Shown here piece by piece: positions 10,845-19,940 of a DNA stretch of 55,642 nucleotides (position 1 is the first letter of the stretch; the number at the start of each line of letters is the position of its first letter). The stretch is from Promethearchaeota archaeon (GTDB lineage Archaea > Asgardarchaeota > Lokiarchaeia > Sigyniarchaeales > SOKP01): contig JBHLMQ010000016.1 of NCBI GenBank assembly GCA_048938005.1, positions 1-55,642 of the forward strand. The letters run 5' to 3'. A program made the translations under genes and the position numbers. The notes below the pieces were generated by a model. That model had not been told where the DNA came from, ran no database searches, and saw only the letters and a program-made list of their open reading frames with translations.

Positions 10845-11369
10845 TTAGTAAAATTTCTGTACTATTTTCCGAGTAAGTTCAACAAATACATTCTCAACGT
10901 TATCACCAGTCTTAGCAGAAGTTTCAATTAACAAGGATCCTACTTTTTCTGCAAATTGATTAACTTCATTTTGATCTATTACTCGACCTACTTCCGAAAC
11001 TAAATCTTTTTTATTCCCAAGGATTATTATAGGAACATCTTTCTCGATTGATTGGCGTAAATCTGAAACCCATTCTTTCATTCTTGGAAACGTTTGCGCT
11101 CTTGAAAGATCAAAAACTACCAATGCACCATTGGTTCCATCATAAAAATTTCTACGTAATGATTTAAATCGATCTTGACCACCTATATCCCAGATTGCTA
11201 GCCTAGCTATTTTCTCCGGCTCATATTCGACACTTTTTGTTAAAAAGTCGACGCCTATAGTAAATTTGTATTGGAAAGAAAACTTATTCTCTACAAATCG
11301 TCGTATTAAACTGGATTTTCCTACTGCGCCGGGACCAATTACAACGACCTTAAATGCATACTCTTCCAT
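10845..11369 (-). CDS. Rab-like small GTPase (Ras superfamily), 174 aa
   Basis: G1 GPGAVGKS, FTIGVDF, G3 WDIGGQ, G4 NKKD, G5 ETSAK; start trimmed from the ORF track (11459) to the ATG at 11369 (MEEYAFKVVVIG). Confidence 0.93.
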   Translation of the reverse strand: MEEYAFKVVVIGPGAVGKSSLIRRFVENKFSFQYKFTIGVDFLTKSVEYEPEKIARLAIWDIGGQDRFKSLRRNFYDGTNGALVVFDLSRAQTFPRMKEWVSDLRQSIEKDVPIIILGNKKDLVSEVGRVIDQNEVNQFAEKVGSLLIETSAKTGDNVENVFVELTRKIVQKFY

Positions 11370-11580
11370 TATCAGAGGGATTAATAATTTTATTTTTAGA
11401 AGTATGGGTAAATCTATAATATTAAGTATTAATTCCATTTCTATTAAAATTTGCACCAAATAATAAAAACTATTAATGTCTAAAAATGAAAAAGGATAAC
11501 ATTTCTGTCAAAATTTTAAAAAGGAATATAAGGTAAACGGAACTAAAATTTAATAATCTTTTAATCTTAGGTTATTTATA

Positions 11581-11883
11581 ATGTCAGTAGAGATAAAAAC
11601 TGAAACAGTGAAATGTCCAAAATGTGGTACCAAAACAATAATATCTAAGTATAAGCAAGATTTTTGTTCGAATTGTGGTATGGAACTTAATTATGCCGGC
11701 TTAAAGGAAAAAAGAGGGAAAATTTATATAAGATTGGTAATCATCTTTATAATTTTAGTTGGATTCGCATTATTGATGCTTGTTCTCTTTCCTGAGATAT
11801 TTTGGTTCATAATAGGGATAATCGTGATGATACCGATTGTTTTTGTAGTAATAACTATCCTTCTTGTAAGACTTCTAAGTTAG
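11581..11883 (+). CDS. small zinc-ribbon membrane protein (2 TM)
   Basis: CPKC...CSNCG followed by two long hydrophobic segments. Confidence 0.75.
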   Translation: MSVEIKTETVKCPKCGTKTIISKYKQDFCSNCGMELNYAGLKEKRGKIYIRLVIIFIILVGFALLMLVLFPEIFWFIIGIIVMIPIVFVVITILLVRLLS

Positions 11884-11885
11884 CA

Positions 11886-12695
11886 TCATTTCATCAAATT
11901 ATATTTTTTTCCATATTTCTTGAATAACTTAGTTCCGCCTCCTTCCTGCAATATATTCAATGTAGCTTCTGAATCGAAGATTTCCATTCCACCAACTATA
12001 TCCACACCATAATCAAATAGAATATCAGGAACCATACTGGCAGTGGGACCGATTAAGACTATTTTTCGAGCTTTCCTTTTAAACTTTTCTAGGATAGATT
12101 CAAGGGTATTATTTATTAGAGCAGTTCCGGTACAAAATAAAATATCTGTATATATTTTTTCATTTTTTAATTGGTCTATATTTTGTTTGAAATTGAAATT
12201 TTTGAATTCTGGTGAAATTGAGATGGTATCTTCCACTATTGTAATCAATTGGGTAATTTTATTTACATCTTTTATTAGTGGTTTGATTAGACCTATAAAT
12301 GTCACAGTAGTATCTTCTGAGATTTCTAAATATTTTAGCAAATCATTCTCTAATTGGGTGTAAGGATTTATAATTCTTAACAAGTGCTGAGAGACTCCAT
12401 TTAAAGTCGCAATTCCAATTATTTTTTTAAGACTTGGTAATTCTAAGGACCAATTTAAAAGTTCACTTATAGGTTGATTTGTAAGGTTGCCAGCAAAATT
12501 GATTTTACTACAATCAGTACTGTTGATAATACTTTGTAAGGTTGATGCTAATCCTAAAAAAGGTTCATAAGCATAAGCAGTAACTTCCACACCTGTATAA
12601 CCTAATCCAATCACAACTTTTGTAGCTTTAGGAGGAACAATCTTTCTGATTCTATAAATTTGTTTAATTAATTCTACTGTTTTTTCTAAAATCAT
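11886..12695 (-). CDS. DUF364/DUF4213 Rossmann-like putative metal-chelation protein
   Basis: IGLGYTGV, IGIATLN, TGTALINNTLESIL, IGPTASMVPDILFDYGVDIVGG. Confidence 0.8.
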   Translation of the reverse strand: MILEKTVELIKQIYRIRKIVPPKATKVVIGLGYTGVEVTAYAYEPFLGLASTLQSIINSTDCSKINFAGNLTNQPISELLNWSLELPSLKKIIGIATLNGVSQHLLRIINPYTQLENDLLKYLEISEDTTVTFIGLIKPLIKDVNKITQLITIVEDTISISPEFKNFNFKQNIDQLKNEKIYTDILFCTGTALINNTLESILEKFKRKARKIVLIGPTASMVPDILFDYGVDIVGGMEIFDSEATLNILQEGGGTKLFKKYGKKYNLMK

Positions 12696-12798
12696 GCCAA
12701 TAGGGTTACTCTTTAAGTATCTTTTAAATTCGTTTAAATAAAAAAATTGCTTAATTTAAATTAAAAATTATTTTAAGTTAAATAAAAGTGAGTTTTCT

Positions 12799-13182
12799 TT
12801 GAATTATATTATCATTGAAAATGAAAAAATTGGAGAAATTAAAGCAAAACTATTAATTGATAAGAATCCTAAAACGTGCCAAGTAATCTGGGATGCTCTT
12901 CCATTTGATGTAAACCTATCGAGATGGGGTGAAGAGCTATATGGTGATTGTCCTGTTACAATCCCTGCAGAAAACACTCAAATAGAATGTGATATTGGAG
13001 ATGTTGGATATTGGATTAACGGCCAAGGTTTTTGTATTTTTTGGGGGCCAACTCCCGCGAGCTCTGGTGATAAACCAGTTGCCGCGAGTCCTGTTAACAT
13101 TTTTGCAAAAATTGAAGGTGATACCAAGGCAATTTTCAACCAATTTTCTTCTTTTCAAGGAAAAGTAAAAAAAGGGGAATAA
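12799..13182 (+). CDS. cyclophilin-like fold protein (DUF369/TM1367-like)
   Basis: PKT...ALP, RWGEELY, GDVGYW..G..FCIFWGPTP, ASPVN; TTG start. Confidence 0.85.
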   Translation: MNYIIIENEKIGEIKAKLLIDKNPKTCQVIWDALPFDVNLSRWGEELYGDCPVTIPAENTQIECDIGDVGYWINGQGFCIFWGPTPASSGDKPVAASPVNIFAKIEGDTKAIFNQFSSFQGKVKKGE

Positions 13183-13291
13183 TCAAAAATATTTTTATTT
13201 TTTTTGTAATAATCTGATTTTTTAATTAAAATAGAAAAAAAGGAAAAAAAATATGCCTAAAAATTAATTTTTAGGTTATATCAAATTTTTT

Positions 13292-13894
13292 TTAACTCTT
13301 TCTCTTCCTTTTAAAGCTTATATATCTTTTAAAAAACAATGTAGTAAAACTGAGAATTATCATAATTGTAAATATTATATGAATGCCAATATTTTGAAAA
13401 TCTGAGCCTATGAGAACCCCATGAATATAAGCTAAGAATAAAGCTACATAGTTTAATATGTGAATAATTCTCCAATTTTTTTTTATCTTCTTCCTTAATA
13501 GAGCACCTAAAACAGCAATATAGATTAAAATGAGGGCTAAACGTCCTCCTAAAGACCAAAAGCCATACCAAGAAGTAAAATCTGGCAAAAAAACAGTAAT
13601 ATCTAACTTCCAAATTGCGAATGCTACTGGATGGAGCGTAATTAGTATAAGTCCTGTAATTGAAAACAGATGATGAATTTTTACAAATGGTTTTCCAAAG
13701 ATTTTATATAATCGGACGACAAATGGAGTCATCATAGTTGCTATAAACATCGATGTAAATCCAAAAATAGCGCCAAATCGAATAATAAAGTTAAAACCAT
13801 CTGTAAATGGTGTTAAAAGGAAAAGGACTAGAATTAAAATATACAGGCTAAGCGTAGCTGATATTATATATATTGCTTCTTTTTTAAGTGGCAT
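13292..13894 (-). CDS. ferric reductase-like (MsrQ-like) heme b transmembrane protein
   Basis: About 6 TM with paired His (IHH...LHP; WRIIH...YIHG..IGSD). Confidence 0.8.
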   Translation of the reverse strand: MPLKKEAIYIISATLSLYILILVLFLLTPFTDGFNFIIRFGAIFGFTSMFIATMMTPFVVRLYKIFGKPFVKIHHLFSITGLILITLHPVAFAIWKLDITVFLPDFTSWYGFWSLGGRLALILIYIAVLGALLRKKIKKNWRIIHILNYVALFLAYIHGVLIGSDFQNIGIHIIFTIMIILSFTTLFFKRYISFKRKRKS

Positions 13895-14016
13895 ATTTAT
13901 TTTCTTACTTTATCGAATAATAATTTTTCACATTATAATCTAAAAATACCTTGCTAAAATGTAGATTAATTTGGATATTACTGAGATAATATTGTGATAT
14001 TTTTGTAGTGATAGAA

Positions 14017-14046
14017 ATCTTCGTAAAAGTGTGCTTTCACGAAGAT
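14017..14046. promoter_or_regulatory. 30-nt inverted repeat in a divergent intergenic region
   Basis: ATCTTCGTAAAAG-TGTG-CTTTCACGAAGAT; 13-bp arms with one mismatch, which is a G-U pair on the minus strand. Confidence 0.5.
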
Positions 14047-14299
14047 CCCAGTTTCTCCATTTTAAAATATTAAAAATATATAAAATCTATCTTTTTTCAA
14101 TTATAGGAGTATATATATCTATAAGATTTTTATCAACAATTTATCTCACCAAAAAGACAACTTTTTGGATTTAGATTCTTTATTTGAGAATGGTAAAAAT
14201 CAACTTTATAGTCAGAAAGTTTAAATAGGACTTAGAAGATATTAAGGGTAATATTTCATCTAATTTAGAAATAAATTTTTTAAAAAGGGTTAAAAAATT

Positions 14300-15262
14300 A
14301 TGGAAATTCAATATGGAAAAATGATTTTACATGGAATTCTTTCTGCTATATTTTATCTCGTTGTTCCTCTTGTTTTGTTTTATTTTCTTGAACTGTACGG
14401 TATAATGACCTTTACTGATACTTACCGAACAGCTATTATTATTTTTGGAATTATCGGGATCATTATCTCTATGTTAAGTCATGCATTTCCTGTAGATACA
14501 CCTGCGAATCGTCTTATTAGATTTGGGATAACAGTATATTCTGGAATATTCCTTTTCTACATTTTTGGAGGATTTGACCCGGGAACAACTTTAGGAACAT
14601 ATTATATAGATATGACCTACATTCAGGTTCTTTTAGGCTTAAAAGTTATAGCTTGGCTTCTTCTAGGATCTACTATAATTAGAGGTTTGCAATACTTAAT
14701 AGAAGCTATTGAATTGCGTAAAAAGAAAGAATATCGAGTTAAGGTCAAACGAGAGTTTAAAGTAAGTAAAATTTTCAAAGTACTAGGAATTTTTGCTAGC
14801 CTAGCAATAGTAGGTTATTTTGGAAGTATTATATATAGTGGGGCAAATCTCCGAGTAAATCTTCAGCAACCTATTCCCCCACCTGCTTATGATGATGGAG
14901 GAACTCCAGGAATCTATGGAGATGATTCTTTAAATATTACTATAAGTTTTGATGTAAGCAATATGGGATTATATGCGATTAACGATGTAGTTTTAAATGC
15001 TGAAATTCATGTTGTAACATCTAGTGATCCCATTCTTCTTCCTTTCGACACAACAATAGGTAGTTCCCCAGTTCCTTATCAAAATACTTTTCATTCATTC
15101 ACTCAAACATTTAATCAAAATATTACTATAAGCATTAATACCGCTTATATAGAAGGTTTATTGACCGCAACTGCCAATTTATTGTTTAAAATTATGTTTT
15201 CTACATTGTACGCGTGGATATTTGTTAACTTAACCATTTCGTTTCCAGTTCCTTGGCCTTAA
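14300..15262 (+). CDS. hypothetical membrane protein (about 5 TM plus a beta-rich extracellular C-terminal domain)
   Basis: Long ORF; four N-terminal TMs, a basic loop, a fifth TM, then a beta-rich region with NIT/NIT/NLT sequons. Confidence 0.75.
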   Translation: MEIQYGKMILHGILSAIFYLVVPLVLFYFLELYGIMTFTDTYRTAIIIFGIIGIIISMLSHAFPVDTPANRLIRFGITVYSGIFLFYIFGGFDPGTTLGTYYIDMTYIQVLLGLKVIAWLLLGSTIIRGLQYLIEAIELRKKKEYRVKVKREFKVSKIFKVLGIFASLAIVGYFGSIIYSGANLRVNLQQPIPPPAYDDGGTPGIYGDDSLNITISFDVSNMGLYAINDVVLNAEIHVVTSSDPILLPFDTTIGSSPVPYQNTFHSFTQTFNQNITISINTAYIEGLLTATANLLFKIMFSTLYAWIFVNLTISFPVPWP

Positions 15263-15336
15263 ATCTATCAAAAAATTTTATTATTTTCTTTTTTAAATTA
15301 CTTATTTTTTTATTTTTTTATCTAAATTATATTAGA

Positions 15337-15771
15337 TTATTTGAATTTATACATAATTCTATACAGTTCTTCTTTAGTTTTCACGTTTCCAACCAGAACA
15401 CAATGTTCTATATTAACATTCCTACAATTCAAAATAGTATTTTTTCCAATAATACAATTATTTATTTTAATATTCTCATCAATTATTGCATTATCAAAAA
15501 CAATTGAATTTGATATCTCTACGTAATTATTTATATCGCAATTCTTACCAACGTACACATTCGGTCCTAAAAGGACATCATCCCCAATTTTAACATTTTC
15601 CTCAAGATATACTGGTTCTATGAATGTAGGATAATCACCTATGAAGTTATCAATTTTACTTCGTTTAAGATGAGTTTTTAGGAAATCTTTTAATAATTTT
15701 TGAATCTGAGATTGAGAGTTTAATTCTAATTCACTTATAACTTTCTCAATTTTTTCTAAATTATTCTTCAT
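15337..15771 (-). CDS. left-handed beta-helix (hexapeptide repeat) protein, like the C-terminal domain of NDP-sugar pyrophosphorylases
   Basis: EPVYLEENVKIGDDVLLGPNVYVGKNCDI...ISNSIVFDNAII...INNCIIGKNT. Confidence 0.8.
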   Translation of the reverse strand: MKNNLEKIEKVISELELNSQSQIQKLLKDFLKTHLKRSKIDNFIGDYPTFIEPVYLEENVKIGDDVLLGPNVYVGKNCDINNYVEISNSIVFDNAIIDENIKINNCIIGKNTILNCRNVNIEHCVLVGNVKTKEELYRIMYKFK

Positions 15772-15790
15772 TTTTATCTCTATAACACTT

Positions 15791-16507
15791 TTATAACTCT
15801 AAAGCTTCTATTAATTTATCAATATTTTTTCCCGTTTTTGCACTTGTTGTTATTACTGTAATATTTGGATTAAAATTCTTAGCGTCATTTATCATTTTAT
15901 CAACATTAGTACCTAACCTCTCTAATAGATCTATCTTATTAATAACAGCAATATTGGACATTTTAAAAAGCATAGGATGTTTTTCAATCACCCATTCACC
16001 TTCAGTAATGGAGACAACTGTAATTCGTTTATCAGTTCCTAATTGAAAATCAGAAGGACAAATTAAGTTACCTACATTTTCGATAAAGATAAGATCGTAA
16101 TCCTCTAAAGTTTTATTTTTTATGACCTGATAAATATGATAAGCATTTAAAGCACATTCGCGTCCAGTATTTATTTGAACTGTCTCAACATTATGTTTCT
16201 CAATTCTATCGGCATCAACTCTAGTGGTAACATCACCACATATCACTAAGATTCGATATTTTTCTGATAATTTTTCGGCCATTTTTTCTAGAAGTGCTGT
16301 TTTCCCTGCGCCAATTGCACCAACAATATCTATAGATTTAATACCTATATTCTTAAACCTATTATTTATCTGCTCTGCTAACAAATCATTATCTTTTTCA
16401 ACTTCTTTTTTTGTTTCTATAACGAAGTCTCTTATCTCTTCCCTTGCTAAATTGATGCTTTCAAGTTCTTTAATCCTAGGAATTTCTTGCTCTCTTTTAT
16501 CTGTCAT
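15791..16507 (-). CDS. hypB: hydrogenase nickel incorporation GTPase HypB
   Basis: GAIGAGKT, GDV...DADRI, QINTG.EC, ENVGNLICPSDF.LG, SITEG, KHP, NKID, TSAKTG. Confidence 0.88.
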   Translation of the reverse strand: MTDKREQEIPRIKELESINLAREEIRDFVIETKKEVEKDNDLLAEQINNRFKNIGIKSIDIVGAIGAGKTALLEKMAEKLSEKYRILVICGDVTTRVDADRIEKHNVETVQINTGRECALNAYHIYQVIKNKTLEDYDLIFIENVGNLICPSDFQLGTDKRITVVSITEGEWVIEKHPMLFKMSNIAVINKIDLLERLGTNVDKMINDAKNFNPNITVITTSAKTGKNIDKLIEALEL

Positions 16508-16587
16508 CTACTGTAATACAAATTTCATTAATAAATTTAAAAAAATTAGTTATTTGCAAAAATTAAAGAGTAAAAAAAAGTTTTATT

Positions 16588-17403
16588 TTATTTCCAATTA
16601 TAAAATCCCTTTCCCGATTTTTTCCCTAATTCTCCTCGATCAACCTTATCTTTTAATGCTTGTGGGGGTTTGTCATCAGGATCACCACTTTTTTTGAAAT
16701 ATGACATTTCAATATCATAAATAACATCCAATCCAATTTCATCCATAAATTCAAAGGGTCCTTTACTTTTACTAGTGAAAATTTTAAACGCTTTATCTAC
16801 ATCTTTGAAATCAGCATAACCATCCCCCCATATTTTAAGGCAATCTTTTTTTATTGCTCGCCACACTCTATTGAAAACAAACCCATAACATTCTTTTTTT
16901 ACAATTAGAGGCGTGATATCAATACTTTCGACCCATTTCTTTCCTTTTTCGAATGTCTCATCGCTAGTTTGCGTTCCTTTCATAAGATCTGCCATTGGAT
17001 AATCAAATAGGTGATAAAAATGAATATTCATAACTTTATCCCTTCTTTTGACAACAGCCTCTAATTTTGATATTGGAATTGAGGAACTATTCGTAGCTAT
17101 AATGGCGTGAGGTGGAGCTACTTTATCAATCTGGGAGAAAACATCTCTTTTCAATTCTAATATCTCAGGAATAGCCTCAATAACAAGATCAGTATTCTTC
17201 ACTGCTTCAGAAAGATCATCATAAAGTGTTATTTCTCTTTTTATATCTTCTTTTTCTTTAATCTCTTCTATATATTGCTTTAATCCTTCTAAATTAGTAT
17301 CAAAAACCTTAACATCATAATTAAACATTGCTGATTTCTTTATAATTTGTCTACCCATATACCCTGCTCCAATTACAGAGATGGTATTTATTTTTTCGAC
17401 CAT
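16588..17403 (-). CDS. 3-hydroxyacyl-CoA dehydrogenase family protein
   Basis: GAGYMG, EAIPE..ELK, ATNSSS, catalytic HF, GFVFNR, GPFE.MD.IGLD, LGKKSGKGFY. Confidence 0.9.
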   Translation of the reverse strand: MVEKINTISVIGAGYMGRQIIKKSAMFNYDVKVFDTNLEGLKQYIEEIKEKEDIKREITLYDDLSEAVKNTDLVIEAIPEILELKRDVFSQIDKVAPPHAIIATNSSSIPISKLEAVVKRRDKVMNIHFYHLFDYPMADLMKGTQTSDETFEKGKKWVESIDITPLIVKKECYGFVFNRVWRAIKKDCLKIWGDGYADFKDVDKAFKIFTSKSKGPFEFMDEIGLDVIYDIEMSYFKKSGDPDDKPPQALKDKVDRGELGKKSGKGFYNWK

Positions 17404-17482
17404 ATAACCGCCTCATTATAAACTATATTTTATAAATCTTATAGAATAGATTTTGTTTATTTTGATTAATAAAAATTTATTA

Positions 17483-18466
17483 TTAATCTTTATTGGAGGA
17501 AATAATATTTTTAAGAGCATTTAAAAAATAATCATTTTCTTTTTTAGAACCAATAGTAACTCGAAAATATCCTGGACTCAATTGATTTGATGCATCATGA
17601 ACTAAAATCCCTTGTTCTGCTAACCTCTCTGAAATATTTTTAATCTTGGTTTTCATAAGTAAGAAATTTGTATAACTTCGATATATTACTATTCCTAATC
17701 CAGAGACAATATTTATTATTCTTCTTTTTTCCGTTTCTACTTCATTAGCGTAATCTATCATATATTTTTGATTTCTCAATGCTTCAATTCCAGCAACTAC
17801 GCTTGGATATGGAAGCATAATCTCTAATCCTTGAAATTTTTTACGTATTAAATCTCCAGCAATTAAATATCCAATTCCTGATCCTGCTAAACCAAATGAT
17901 TTACTTAGGGTTCTTAAAATAGCAAGATTCGGATAATCATTTATTAGTTCAATAAAACTGACTCTAGAAAATTCATAATACGCCTCATCAATTAACAATA
18001 TTACGTTTTCATACTCCAAGATGCTTTTAATATCGTTTTCAGTTATTATCAAACTTCCAGTTGGGTTATTGGGATTATCAAATACTACTAAAGATGGAGT
18101 ATTTAATTCATTATTTAAAGATTCTAAAGAAATTTTGAAATCTGGTTCATTTAATCTGATTTTTATCAAAGAAGAGTCAGCATTTTGAGCTGAGTTGTTT
18201 ATTACAACAAATGTTGGTTCAGCAATTATAATTTGCCTATTATTTGAAAAGAGAAATATAAACTCTTTAATTATTAAATCCGAACCTGAACTCAAAATAA
18301 TTGATTCTTGCGGGACGTTTGTATAACGAGATAATTCTTCGATTAAAATATCGACTTCTTTTTGAGGAGTGTATCTATTAATTCTATTAATAGATTCTTT
18401 TACTGGATTAATTATCTCTTTAGGAGGGGATTTGTACATTTCATTCAAATTTAGCTTTATCTTCAT
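17483..18466 (-). CDS. histidinol-phosphate aminotransferase-like (class I/II PLP) enzyme
   Basis: LNLNE, NRY, GSD, NPNNPTG, DEAY, RTLSK; start trimmed to the ATG at 18466. Confidence 0.82.
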   Translation of the reverse strand: MKIKLNLNEMYKSPPKEIINPVKESINRINRYTPQKEVDILIEELSRYTNVPQESIILSSGSDLIIKEFIFLFSNNRQIIIAEPTFVVINNSAQNADSSLIKIRLNEPDFKISLESLNNELNTPSLVVFDNPNNPTGSLIITENDIKSILEYENVILLIDEAYYEFSRVSFIELINDYPNLAILRTLSKSFGLAGSGIGYLIAGDLIRKKFQGLEIMLPYPSVVAGIEALRNQKYMIDYANEVETEKRRIINIVSGLGIVIYRSYTNFLLMKTKIKNISERLAEQGILVHDASNQLSPGYFRVTIGSKKENDYFLNALKNIISSNKD

Positions 18467-18630
18467 AATTTTGAAACCTAGAAACAATTTTAATTATTGG
18501 AGGTTCTTTCAATAACTTCTCTATTTAAAATAATATTGGATATTGAATTAAAAATGTTTTTTTATTGAATTTGCTTTTAATATCTATTATTCTAAAAATT
18601 TTCTTAAAATTATAAAGGGGATAAATTAAA

Positions 18631-19917
18631 ATGTCTACTTGGTATGAATCCCAAATGGCTAAAAACTTATTTCCAATCTTTGGTGCTAGAGCAATAAGAG
18701 GAATAGAAACTAATTTTTTCTTGTCAAAAATGTATACAGGTAAATCTGCGCTACTTAGAGTAGCACAATATTTAGAAGCACATATTAAAAAGGAAGAAAG
18801 AAGAGCTTTAATTATTACTGATTCATTTACTAAAAAATTTATTAAAAATCTAGACGACCACCTTAAATTAATCAACATGGATTATAAAGTTTGGTCTAAT
18901 GTTTTACCAGAAGTCCCAATACCTTCAATAGAAGAAGGAGTAAAAATGTGTGAATCCTATAATCCGAAAGTATTGGTTGCAATTGGAGGGGGGAGTGTAA
19001 TGGATACTGCTAAAATGATCATGATAAAATATGAAAAACCAGAGCAGAATCTTTTAATGATTGTACCTAGTCTTGGTGGTCCTCTTGGATTACGTAAAAA
19101 GCTTAAATACTTGATCTTTATACCTACTACCGCCGGAACAGGATCAGAAAATTCACAAGATGCTACGATTGCCGACACTGCGAGAGATCCTCCAAAAAAA
19201 ATTGAAGTGGTGCATGAGGAATTATTAGCTGATATTACTATCTTAGATCCAGATTTTGTGAAGGATTTGCCACCATTCTTAACGATGGCAACTGGTTTAG
19301 ATGCTTTCTCACACTCAATAGGTGCTTTTACAACAAATTGGGGTAATCCATATTTTGATGCTATTAATTTAACTGTCATAAAAGAGATTGTAAAATATCT
19401 CCCCCGTTCTTATAAATATGGGGGAAAAGATATAGAAGCTCGAAGTCATATGCAATTGGCATCCTCGTTGGCTGCATTCGGAGCGTATGGAAATCAGACT
19501 CCTGGATTGAACCATGCTTTAGGCCATAGTTTTGGAAAAATCTTTGCTGTTCATCATGGTCTTTCTTGTGGCCTCTTTTTACCATACACACTTGCATTCA
19601 AAGCTAAAGTTACTGATAAATGGAAGCAATTGTGTCCAATTTTTGGTATTGAAATTGAAAACAAAAACAGAGAGGATTTGATGAAAGAATTTATTCAAAA
19701 AATTAAGGATTTCATACATTCTATTGATGGTCCCACGTGTGTGAAAGATATAAAAGATCCCATAATTACTAAAGAAGGCTATTTCGAAAAACTTGAAAAA
19801 TTAGTGGATTACGCTAATAATGACGCTGTAATATTAATTTCACATCGCCCAATTAACGAAGAATTCTGTAAGAAAATATTTGAATATGCTTGGGATGGAA
19901 GGGATGTTAATTTTTAA
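18631..19917 (+). CDS. iron-containing alcohol dehydrogenase
   Basis: GGGSVMD, PTTAGTGSE, DAFSH, NHALGH, HHG metal ligands. Confidence 0.9.
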   Translation: MSTWYESQMAKNLFPIFGARAIRGIETNFFLSKMYTGKSALLRVAQYLEAHIKKEERRALIITDSFTKKFIKNLDDHLKLINMDYKVWSNVLPEVPIPSIEEGVKMCESYNPKVLVAIGGGSVMDTAKMIMIKYEKPEQNLLMIVPSLGGPLGLRKKLKYLIFIPTTAGTGSENSQDATIADTARDPPKKIEVVHEELLADITILDPDFVKDLPPFLTMATGLDAFSHSIGAFTTNWGNPYFDAINLTVIKEIVKYLPRSYKYGGKDIEARSHMQLASSLAAFGAYGNQTPGLNHALGHSFGKIFAVHHGLSCGLFLPYTLAFKAKVTDKWKQLCPIFGIEIENKNREDLMKEFIQKIKDFIHSIDGPTCVKDIKDPIITKEGYFEKLEKLVDYANNDAVILISHRPINEEFCKKIFEYAWDGRDVNF

Positions 19918-19940
19918 TTAAAAACATAAAGTGAATATAA

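Noticed and set aside
13905-14060. Possible selenoprotein: minus-strand ATG at 14060 with in-frame TGA at 14039-14037 inside the hairpin
   Set aside because: The read-through peptide has no redox motif or recognisable family, and I see no SECIS-like element.
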